NCBI GenBank assembly: GCA_963662795.1
Contig: OY759746.1
Span: forward strand, 3,552,001-3,616,000
Source: Spirochaetia bacterium
Lineage (GTDB): Bacteria > Spirochaetota > Spirochaetia > CADAEX01
Length of the DNA: 64,000 nt
Direction of reading: 5' to 3'
Every line of letters begins with the position of its first letter. Position 1 is the first letter of the stretch. The notes below the pieces were generated by a model. That model ran no database searches. It saw nothing but the letters and a program-made list of their open reading frames with translations, and was not told where the DNA came from. The translations under genes and the position numbers were made by a program. This document shows, piece after piece, positions 29,649 to 37,515 of this stretch.

Positions 29649-30287
29649 TTATTTTTTTCTTCTGGAATTTACAAACCGCTGAAAATCGTTAATGTTTTTA
29701 ATTACCAGTTTATCATTTTGTATTTCAATCTTGCGCTGTGTGACAAAATGGTTTATCACCTGTTTACATTCAGAAGTTGAAAGTCCGCACCAGTGTGCAA
29801 GATCATCTACATTTGTATTAAGTACAATTTCATTCATTGATTTGGATTCTGCGGACTGGGTTTCTGAGAGCATCAGGAAAACATCAGCCACTTTTGCCTG
29901 CGGGTCTGGAAGGGTTAAAATCATGAACCTTCTTTTCTGGTCATAAATTCTTTTAATAAATGTCTGGAGAAGTTTCATGGCAATTTGCGGATTACCCCGG
30001 AGCAGAATTTCGAAATTCTTTTTATTAAACTCGAGCACTTCAACATGGTCTATTGCGATTGCACTTGCCGAGCGGGGAGCTTCCTCAAGGATCGCCATTT
30101 CACCGAATATTTCTCCGGGATGAAGGATGTCAACTATTTTCTCAATATCCCCCATAATCTTGACAATCTGGACCCTTCCGGACTGGATCAGATAAAATGA
30201 ATCGCCAGGCTCATATTCACAAAAAATCTGATCTCCTTTCTGAAAAGCTACCTTAAATCTGTCGAATTTTGATAAATCGATATTCAT
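29649..30287 (-). CDS. Crp/Fnr family regulator
   Basis: cNMP-binding domain FGEMAILEEAPRSASA plus C-terminal winged HTH-like region. Confidence 0.85.
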   Translation of the reverse strand: MNIDLSKFDRFKVAFQKGDQIFCEYEPGDSFYLIQSGRVQIVKIMGDIEKIVDILHPGEIFGEMAILEEAPRSASAIAIDHVEVLEFNKKNFEILLRGNPQIAMKLLQTFIKRIYDQKRRFMILTLPDPQAKVADVFLMLSETQSAESKSMNEIVLNTNVDDLAHWCGLSTSECKQVINHFVTQRKIEIQNDKLVIKNINDFQRFVNSRRKK

Positions 30288-31276
30288 TAATTTCCCCCGA
30301 GAGCTTTAAGCGCATTTTTAGCTTTCCGTTTTATTTCAGATCCGTCTTCACACATGGCTATTACTTTTTTATAAAATCCGGCAGCTTTCTGTTTGTCATT
30401 CTTTGCATTACAGGATAATCCCAGATAAAGGAGAAATTCCGGTAAATCAGGATGTTTGGGAAATTTCTGTATCATCCCGGTGAAGTGCTTTATACAGTCA
30501 TCATATTTTTTAAGGAGAAACAGCGATTTGCCTATCTCGTTTACAGCCCTGACCATAAATTCACCGTCAGGATTGTTTGATATATATTGTCTGAAATTAT
30601 TTATCGCATCTTCATATTTTTCCTGGCTGAAAAAACTTAGCCCGTCATAATATAACTTTGAATCTCTGCTGTCTTCTACCGGGGCAGAAGGTTTTTTAAC
30701 AGGCTGCGATTTCTGGGCTGAGGATGATGCAGGCGCTCCGCCTTGCGGATATTTTTCTATCTTGATCAGGTACTCTGTTGCCTGACCCTGATAGGAACCG
30801 GCAGGATAATATGTAAGATATCTGCGGAATGCATAAAGTGCAGGCTTGTATTTTTGATTTTTATAATAATATTCGCCGATGTTGAACAGGCCTGTTTCTG
30901 CATCTGCCTGTTCATCTATTGACATAAGACTTCTTACTTTTTTATGAAGTCTTCTAAGCTGATTTGAGAAAACCTTGAGCATCTGCATATTAATTCTTGG
31001 ATTTGTATATATAAGATTTTCAAATTCAGGAACAGTAAAAACCATAACTACAGAATCAGTCAATACATCTGCAGTTTCTTCCCTGGGATACCGGCCGAGA
31101 GAAGACTTTACTCCGAAAAATTCTCCGGTTTTTACCATTTCACGTATTTCCTGTCCATTTTCTATATCAATGCTTATCAGACTTACCTTTCCAGATTGAA
31201 GAATATATATTTTATCGCTGCTGTCACCTTCAAAGTAAATAATTGATTTGGCCTTGTATTTTACAACCTGAGGCAC
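30287..31276 (-). CDS. cyclic-nucleotide-binding plus TPR domain protein
   Basis: N-terminal cNMP fold (GEFFGV..PREETA) followed by several TPR repeats; GTG start with AGGAG RBS. Confidence 0.8.
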   Translation of the reverse strand: MPQVVKYKAKSIIYFEGDSSDKIYILQSGKVSLISIDIENGQEIREMVKTGEFFGVKSSLGRYPREETADVLTDSVVMVFTVPEFENLIYTNPRINMQMLKVFSNQLRRLHKKVRSLMSIDEQADAETGLFNIGEYYYKNQKYKPALYAFRRYLTYYPAGSYQGQATEYLIKIEKYPQGGAPASSSAQKSQPVKKPSAPVEDSRDSKLYYDGLSFFSQEKYEDAINNFRQYISNNPDGEFMVRAVNEIGKSLFLLKKYDDCIKHFTGMIQKFPKHPDLPEFLLYLGLSCNAKNDKQKAAGFYKKVIAMCEDGSEIKRKAKNALKALGGN

Positions 31277-31416
31277 AATACTGCTCCTGTACCGATATTT
31301 AATTAAAAATAATTATATTTAAATTATCGGTAATATTTTTTTTAAAAACAATCAATATATTAAATAATAATTGATGTTAAAATGCAAGTAAGATATAATT
31401 TCTTAATTAATAAGAT

Positions 31417-32199
31417 ATGTTAAAAAAAATCGGCGCAGATATAATAAACACTTTCCGGGAATTTTCATACGCCTCAGGCTTCTTTCTTTCAATAATAAAA
31501 GAATCATTTTTTTTCTTGCGGCAGAAACATGTCGGTTCAAGAGTGCTTGTAATGCAGATACTTTTTACCGGTTTTGAAGCTCTCAGTGTAATAAGCCTTC
31601 TCGGAATAGCACTTGGTGTTGTAATAATTGTGCAGGGTATTGACTTATTCTCCCAGTTCGGACAGGGAGACCTTATCTATCAAATACTTGTTACAGTTAT
31701 AACAAAAGAACTCGGGCCGCTTTTAACTGCATTTATAATTATAGCACGTTCAGGTACTGCGATATCAACTGAACTCGGCAATATGGTCGTATCACATGAA
31801 ATAGAAGCATACATTTCTGTAGGTATTGATCCGATATCCTATCTTGTGGTTCCCAGATTTCTTGGTGTTACAATTTCTTTAATACTTTTAAACCTTTATT
31901 TTAATTTTTCAGGTTTAATAGGGTCATTTTTTGTTTCCCAGTTTATTAAACAGGTCACATTTCTGGAATACTTCAGAAGTCTCCTTTTCGAATTAAAATT
32001 ATCAATAATTATCATATCTTTTTTGAAAAGTTTTCTGTTTGGAGTAATTATTTCTTTTGCCGCGACCTATAACGGCTTTAAAGTTAATGGGGCTACAACA
32101 GAAATTCCGCAGGCTGTTATAAAATCTGTCGGACAGGGTTTTTCACTATGTATTATTGCAGATGCTATTATTACATCACTGGGGTATCTATGGTTTTGA
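31417..32199 (+). CDS. mlaE: MlaE-family ABC permease
   Basis: KELGPLLTAFIIIARSGTAISTELGNM, GIDPISYLVVPR. Confidence 0.88.
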   Translation: MLKKIGADIINTFREFSYASGFFLSIIKESFFFLRQKHVGSRVLVMQILFTGFEALSVISLLGIALGVVIIVQGIDLFSQFGQGDLIYQILVTVITKELGPLLTAFIIIARSGTAISTELGNMVVSHEIEAYISVGIDPISYLVVPRFLGVTISLILLNLYFNFSGLIGSFFVSQFIKQVTFLEYFRSLLFELKLSIIIISFLKSFLFGVIISFAATYNGFKVNGATTEIPQAVIKSVGQGFSLCIIADAIITSLGYLWF

Positions 32200-32220
32200 T
32201 ATCCATCACATGGGGTATTT

Positions 32221-33021
32221 ATGCCTGATATCAGATATAAAATTGAGCTTAAAAATGTGTCAATAATAAGAAATAATTCAAAAATTCTTGATGATGTTTC
32301 ATTTAAGGTACCTGAAGGATTGACAACTGTAATTCTGGGACCGCTTGGGTGCGGTAAAAGCACTTTTTTAAAAACACTTGCCTCTATTTACCTGCCGGAA
32401 GAGGGAAAACTGATTATAAATGATAAACCTTATAATAATATGTCTCTGGAAAAAATTATGCAGTTCAGAAGGGATACAGGTTTTGTCTTTCAGGACAGCG
32501 CACTATGGTCAAACAAATCGCTGTATCAGAACCTCGAACTTCCTCTAATATACCATTATCCTGATTTGACAGCTGATGATGTCAGAAAAAAAATTCAAGG
32601 AATACTTGATTCTCTTGGATTTGATGATGATATGAATAAAAGACCTTCGGATATTTCAGCAGGAAACCGTAAACTGATTTCATTTGCCCGTGCTTTTGTA
32701 ACTGACCCTGCTATACTGATGATTGACGGGCCGGAATCATCTCTGGATTTTTCATCACTTGAAAAGATCAGATCAATAATCAAGGATCTCAAGGAAAAAG
32801 GTAAAGCACTTCTGATCTGCACATATGATGAGACAATTACTTCCATGCTTGCTGATTATCTGGTTATTCTTTATAAAAACCGCATATATACACACGGCCC
32901 CTACAGGGATATTATCAAGTCAAGCGATCCTGTAATAAAGAAAATATTATCACATGTACTGGATAAAATTTCAAATTTTGATGATGAAATACTGGATTTA
33001 ATAAATCCTGATTTTTCGTGA
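32221..33021 (+). CDS. MlaF-like ABC ATP-binding protein with degenerate motifs
   Basis: Walker A GPLGCGKST, Q-loop GFVFQD; signature ISAGN, Walker B ILMIDG. Confidence 0.82.
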   Translation: MPDIRYKIELKNVSIIRNNSKILDDVSFKVPEGLTTVILGPLGCGKSTFLKTLASIYLPEEGKLIINDKPYNNMSLEKIMQFRRDTGFVFQDSALWSNKSLYQNLELPLIYHYPDLTADDVRKKIQGILDSLGFDDDMNKRPSDISAGNRKLISFARAFVTDPAILMIDGPESSLDFSSLEKIRSIIKDLKEKGKALLICTYDETITSMLADYLVILYKNRIYTHGPYRDIIKSSDPVIKKILSHVLDKISNFDDEILDLINPDFS

Positions 33022-33051
33022 TTGACAATAAAATTTCAAGAAGGATAGAAT
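33022..33051 (+). promoter_or_regulatory. possible internal sigma70 promoter for the MCE gene
   Basis: TTGACA-N18-TAGAAT, ending 8 nt before ATG 33060. Confidence 0.45.
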
Positions 33052-33059
33052 AAAAGTAT

Positions 33060-34115
33060 ATGAAATTTAAAATTAAATATGCGGATCAGATTGTAGGAGT
33101 ATTTGTTATTCTTGCATTTGTTTCTATATCGGTCCTCCTGATATTTATGGGCGCAAATCAGAGATGGTTCTCAAAAACCTATTATTTCAATACAAGATTT
33201 TTATCGGCAGACGGCCTGAAAGTCGGAATGGCTATCAAGCTGAAAGGTTTTCAGATAGGACAGATAGATAAAATAAGTCTCAGCAACAAGAACGAAGTTG
33301 AAGCTGTTTTTTATATTTACAGTGAATATATCGATAAAATACTGCCAAATACAATAATTCAGAAAACTACAAATCCTGTAGGTATCGGCAGTGATCTTCT
33401 TATTCACCCGGGCAAAGGGGCTGGAGACCCGCTTCCAGAAAACAGTTTTATTCCATCTTATAACCTTCCCGAAGCAAGAGAGCTGATTAATTCCGGTGCT
33501 GTTGATATTCCGCAGGGGGACAGTACGGTAACAAGAATAATCAATCAGATCGATCCCCTGCTGTTCAAGATAAACCTTCTGCTTGATACAATTACAGAAC
33601 TCTCTTCAACAGTCAACAAAACCATTAAGGGCGAAGATAAGGGACCGGCAGGAAAAATTGTAAAAAATGTTGAAGGAATTACATTTGAGCTGGATAAGAT
33701 ACTTGAAGAAACTTCAAAACAGATTGCAGACCTTCTGGCTAATCTGAAAAACATGTCAGGTAATTTCAGCCTCATGTCAGATCATCTGGCAGATCCCACC
33801 GGTATTATTCCCAAGCTTATGGGGCCTGACGGATCTGTGGCAGCCATTCTGAATGACGACAGACAGCTTTATTATCAGCTTACATCAATTCTTGAAAATC
33901 TTGACAGGACAATGATTGAACTTAATAATTTTACCGCCTACCTTAATCAGTCAACACCACAGATTACAGGTATTCTTGAAGAAAGCAGGGGGGCTCTTAA
34001 GGAGGGGACTGCAGTTCTTGAAGGCCTTAAAAACAATCCCCTTTTGAGAAAAGGGATAACACAGCAGCGGGTACAGGCTGATACGCTGCAAAGTACAAGG
34101 GAAGAGGATTTCTGA
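33060..34115 (+). CDS. MlaD/MCE family protein
   Basis: N-terminal TM segment, ADGLKVGMAIKLKGFQIGQI MCE motif, long helical C-terminus. Confidence 0.88.
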   Translation: MKFKIKYADQIVGVFVILAFVSISVLLIFMGANQRWFSKTYYFNTRFLSADGLKVGMAIKLKGFQIGQIDKISLSNKNEVEAVFYIYSEYIDKILPNTIIQKTTNPVGIGSDLLIHPGKGAGDPLPENSFIPSYNLPEARELINSGAVDIPQGDSTVTRIINQIDPLLFKINLLLDTITELSSTVNKTIKGEDKGPAGKIVKNVEGITFELDKILEETSKQIADLLANLKNMSGNFSLMSDHLADPTGIIPKLMGPDGSVAAILNDDRQLYYQLTSILENLDRTMIELNNFTAYLNQSTPQITGILEESRGALKEGTAVLEGLKNNPLLRKGITQQRVQADTLQSTREEDF

Positions 34116-35068
34116 TGAAAAGTAAACATATTTACATTTCCCTGCTCTGTTCATTCTGTATTTCATTTTTTCTCTCATGTTCATCAGCACCGGCAAAGCC
34201 TGATGCCGTAACTTCAAGAAAAAACAGGGCTGCCGATATTACAGGATTCGGCAATAATTATTTCATACAGGGACAGTACAATCAGGCTCTTGTGTTCTTT
34301 AACCTCGCACTTGATGAAAATACAGCTGTGGATTATGAACCCGGGATATCACGGACAAGCAATTCCATAGGGAAAGTATATCTTGTTACCGGGGAATATG
34401 ACAAAGCGGAACAATACCTTAATGAAGCATATGAAATTGCAAAGAAACTTGAAAACAGGGAACTGACAGCAATTTCCGCACGGAATATGGCAGAACTTTA
34501 CATTGAACAGGGGAAAACTGAGGAATCAGATGCTCTGCTGAATGAAGCACTTTCAAATTCAGAATCATATCCTTTGATAAAAGCGGAAGTCTATCATACT
34601 GTCGCGATATCGATGAGAAAAAAAGGCAATTTCAGTGAAGCAATTTCATATATTGACAGGGCTTCTGAAATCAACCTCAGGGAAAAAGCACACTCCAGTC
34701 TTGCTGCCAACTATTATCTTGCAGCCTCTGTTTATTCAAGACAGAACAATTTCAGCAAATCTGTTGAAATGCTTAAAAAAGCCGTTGATGAAGACAGAAT
34801 AGTAGAAAACAGCTATGGACTCGCAAAAGACTACAAAGCGTTGGGCATTGTACACCTTAAAAACAACAAACCTGAAGAAGCATACCCTTTTTTCATTAAA
34901 TCAATCAAAATTTTTGACATAACAGATAATAAATCAGAGATAAAAAGCGTACTCGAATATCTGATTGAAATTTCAACACTTCTTGACCGCCCTCTCGACT
35001 CCGCTTATTTCAACGAAAGGCTGACTGAAATAACAGATAAAAAAGATACTTACAAGGCAGCAAGATGA
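34115..35068 (+). CDS. TPR repeat lipoprotein
   Basis: Lipobox FLSC followed by multiple TPR repeats. Confidence 0.8.
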   Translation: MKSKHIYISLLCSFCISFFLSCSSAPAKPDAVTSRKNRAADITGFGNNYFIQGQYNQALVFFNLALDENTAVDYEPGISRTSNSIGKVYLVTGEYDKAEQYLNEAYEIAKKLENRELTAISARNMAELYIEQGKTEESDALLNEALSNSESYPLIKAEVYHTVAISMRKKGNFSEAISYIDRASEINLREKAHSSLAANYYLAASVYSRQNNFSKSVEMLKKAVDEDRIVENSYGLAKDYKALGIVHLKNNKPEEAYPFFIKSIKIFDITDNKSEIKSVLEYLIEISTLLDRPLDSAYFNERLTEITDKKDTYKAAR

Positions 35069-35457
35069 AAACAAGAAAAATAACAGATGCATATAAGGAA
35101 ATATTATATATACTTTTTTTTATTTTTCTTTCAGCAGGAATAATAACAGCCTCGTCATTTGCAATAGTTACGCCTCTCTGGATAGTTGCAACACGCTTCA
35201 AGGGAGCCTTTACGATCCTTTTATTTACAGGAGCTGCAGGCTATATTGTTTATAATGCAGTCACAGGAATAAGAAAAAAAAGATTTTTATTAAAATCTTT
35301 CGGAATTTTCATTACAAAATTATTACTCCTGATATCCGCAGCCGTACTTCTTTTATCTTCAATACTACTCCTTGAAAACGGAATTTATCTCCAGGGATTT
35401 CTGATTATCGGAACACTTTTTTTAATTTCCGGCTTATTCAGATTTTTTAATATTTAA
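35065..35457 (+). CDS. hypothetical membrane protein
   Basis: 130 aa, about four hydrophobic segments, operonic. Confidence 0.6.
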   Translation: MKTRKITDAYKEILYILFFIFLSAGIITASSFAIVTPLWIVATRFKGAFTILLFTGAAGYIVYNAVTGIRKKRFLLKSFGIFITKLLLLISAAVLLLSSILLLENGIYLQGFLIIGTLFLISGLFRFFNI

Positions 35458-35458
35458 A

Positions 35459-36355
35459 ATGTTTTCTTCCAGATTTTATATAATAGTTTTAGTATTATTT
35501 ATAACACCATTTTCTGCATATTCCGAATACCCGTTAATTATTAATCTTGGCAGCGATGATTATATTTTCAGACAAATAACTTCCGACATTACAACATCCT
35601 ATGTTTTAAATTCTTCAGGCACAGGAGAGGTCCCTCTTGCTTTATACAGCTACAAACCGGAAAGTAATGAAAATCTATTCATGATCGCTTCCCGCCTGAA
35701 TCTGCCGTATGAAGCTATCACCACTTTAAACAGAATTTCTTCTGTAAGTGAATTCACAAATAAAAAAGAAATATTAATACCAAATCAGCCTGTTTTATTT
35801 GTACCTGAAAAGCCGTCTGGCGATGTAGAATATCTTCTTTCAGCCAGAGTGTATGACCGTTCAAATGAAATTCTTGTAAACTACAGAGAAAAAAAAGAAA
35901 AATTCACATACATTGTTGACGGAAGATTCAACAATACGGAAAGGGCATTTTTTCTTGATGCTTTTTTCCGTTTTCCGCTGGATAAAGGGAGAATTACATC
36001 ATATTACGGGATGAGATTGTCCCCGATTACAGGAGAACCGTCTTTTCATTCCGGAATTGACATTGCCGCCCCCGGAGGTACACCGGTTATTGCAGCCGGA
36101 AAGGGAATTGTGACTGCATCAGGCTTTGACAAAGTACTTGGCAATTATATTATTATCAAACATCCCGGTACTTACCAAAGTGTATATGGACACTTGAAAA
36201 AATCTTTTGTAAAATCAGGCAGTTCTGTTAATGCAGGCACAATTATCGGAGAAGTCGGCAATACGGGATATTCAACAGGACCTCACCTTCATTTTGAAGT
36301 AAGGGGCAGAGATAAAGCTGAAGATCCGCTTATACTTATTAATAGGAAAAAGTAA
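35459..36355 (+). CDS. M23 family metallopeptidase (LysM-like N-terminus)
   Basis: HSGID, YGHL, TGYSTGPHLHFE intact Zn ligands. Confidence 0.9.
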   Translation: MFSSRFYIIVLVLFITPFSAYSEYPLIINLGSDDYIFRQITSDITTSYVLNSSGTGEVPLALYSYKPESNENLFMIASRLNLPYEAITTLNRISSVSEFTNKKEILIPNQPVLFVPEKPSGDVEYLLSARVYDRSNEILVNYREKKEKFTYIVDGRFNNTERAFFLDAFFRFPLDKGRITSYYGMRLSPITGEPSFHSGIDIAAPGGTPVIAAGKGIVTASGFDKVLGNYIIIKHPGTYQSVYGHLKKSFVKSGSSVNAGTIIGEVGNTGYSTGPHLHFEVRGRDKAEDPLILINRKK

Positions 36356-36359
36356 TAAT

Positions 36360-37346
36360 ATGAGAATTAATACTTTATTTTTAACACTTTTACTATTGTT
36401 ATCCAGTCAGGTCTTTTCTGAGAATATCCGCGGGCCAGTCAGGAATATTACAGTAATTAATCAGGAATTGTCGAAAACTGATGAAATCAGCATATCTCCT
36501 GAAGATATTATTGCCTTCCAGCTTGATAATAACAACAGCCTGCCTGTAAAAATACAGATGGAAATAAGGCTCTCTGAAACACTCAGGGAATATCCCAGTA
36601 CTTTTGCACTTTTTGTATATAACAATATTTCCCCCGCACCTTCAAATGAAGTATCAAGCTATATTGGAAATACAGTAAAATATTTCGTATTGCCTGATAA
36701 AAGCAGATTTTATGTTGAATTCTATTTTACAGCAAACCCATCCAGAAATGAAATAATACCTGGAACTCAAATACTGGCCCCTGATGATTTTAAAAAATCT
36801 TTTTTCCCGCTATTACTGACAGTCCTGCCCGTAATGAAAGGTATTCCTGATATGCTTCTTGATGAAACTATCAAAATTAAAACAGTTTTTTTCTATCCTG
36901 ATAAAGGAGATCTTCTTGTAAGTGTTTTTGAAGGCAAAAAAAACGGATCTGAAAAAACAAAAGATTTCAACTTATTTATTGATAATAAATCCTATGATAA
37001 TGCTGAATATATCAGTCTTTCTACAGGTGTTAAAAAAATACGGATAGAAAAAGAAGGATATATCCCTTTTGAGCAATCAGTTGTAATCAACAGAAATGAA
37101 AAAAGTACATTTTCAGCTGTTCTGGTTAAGAAAATGCCTCATATTGTAATTCTTGCCCCTACTGAGGCAGAAGTTTTTATTGACGGTAATTTGACATCAC
37201 AAAAAGAACTTACCAATCTTAATGAAGGAGAACATACAATTATTTTCAAGCTGGGACAATACAGCCTCAGCAGGAAAATGACCCTGGAAAACGGTAAAAA
37301 ATATACCGTAAATTTATTGCTCGATATTGATGTCGCTGTAGAATAA
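36360..37346 (+). CDS. PEGA domain-containing exported protein
   Basis: Signal peptide; C-terminal PEGA-like repeats (IRIEKEGY; AEVFIDG..GEHTI). Confidence 0.7.
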   Translation: MRINTLFLTLLLLLSSQVFSENIRGPVRNITVINQELSKTDEISISPEDIIAFQLDNNNSLPVKIQMEIRLSETLREYPSTFALFVYNNISPAPSNEVSSYIGNTVKYFVLPDKSRFYVEFYFTANPSRNEIIPGTQILAPDDFKKSFFPLLLTVLPVMKGIPDMLLDETIKIKTVFFYPDKGDLLVSVFEGKKNGSEKTKDFNLFIDNKSYDNAEYISLSTGVKKIRIEKEGYIPFEQSVVINRNEKSTFSAVLVKKMPHIVILAPTEAEVFIDGNLTSQKELTNLNEGEHTIIFKLGQYSLSRKMTLENGKKYTVNLLLDIDVAVE

Positions 37347-37352
37347 AAAGTA

Positions 37353-37379
37353 TTAAGCTTATATTCATCAGGCCGATAA
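37353..37379 (+). promoter_or_regulatory. sigma28 (FliA) promoter
   Basis: TTAAGCTT-N11-GCCGATAA against consensus TAAAGTTT-N11-GCCGATAA. Confidence 0.65.
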
Positions 37380-37384
37380 TAAAA

Positions 37385-37477
37385 GTGTCGTGATAATATA
37401 GTTCCCCTCCCAGTTAACTATATTATACTCGATACCTCGAGGTAGACCGGTTCTTTTACAGGGCCGGTCTGTTTTTT
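37385..37477 (+). ncRNA. candidate small RNA (long hairpin with C-rich loop plus terminator)
   Basis: Stem ATAATATAGTT/AACTATATTAT extended by GTGTCG/CGATAC, loop CCCCTCCCAGTT, no ORF, lies between a sigma28 promoter and an intrinsic terminator. Confidence 0.5.
37444..37477 (+). terminator. intrinsic terminator
   Basis: AGACCGGTTC-TTTTACA-GGGCCGGTCT stem (two G-U pairs) followed by GTTTTTT. Confidence 0.75.
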
Positions 37478-37480
37478 ATC

Positions 37481-37509
37481 TTGACAAAGGGCCCCTCTGT
37501 TTTTAACCT
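37481..37509 (+). promoter_or_regulatory. sigma70 promoter of PBP1A, predicted leaderless
   Basis: TTGACA-N17-TAACCT-N6-ATG(37516). Confidence 0.55.
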
Positions 37510-37515
37510 ATGTGC

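Noticed and set aside
31324-31350. ACCGATAA as a sigma28 -10 box upstream of the cNMP-TPR gene
   Set aside because: No acceptable -35 element at the required spacing
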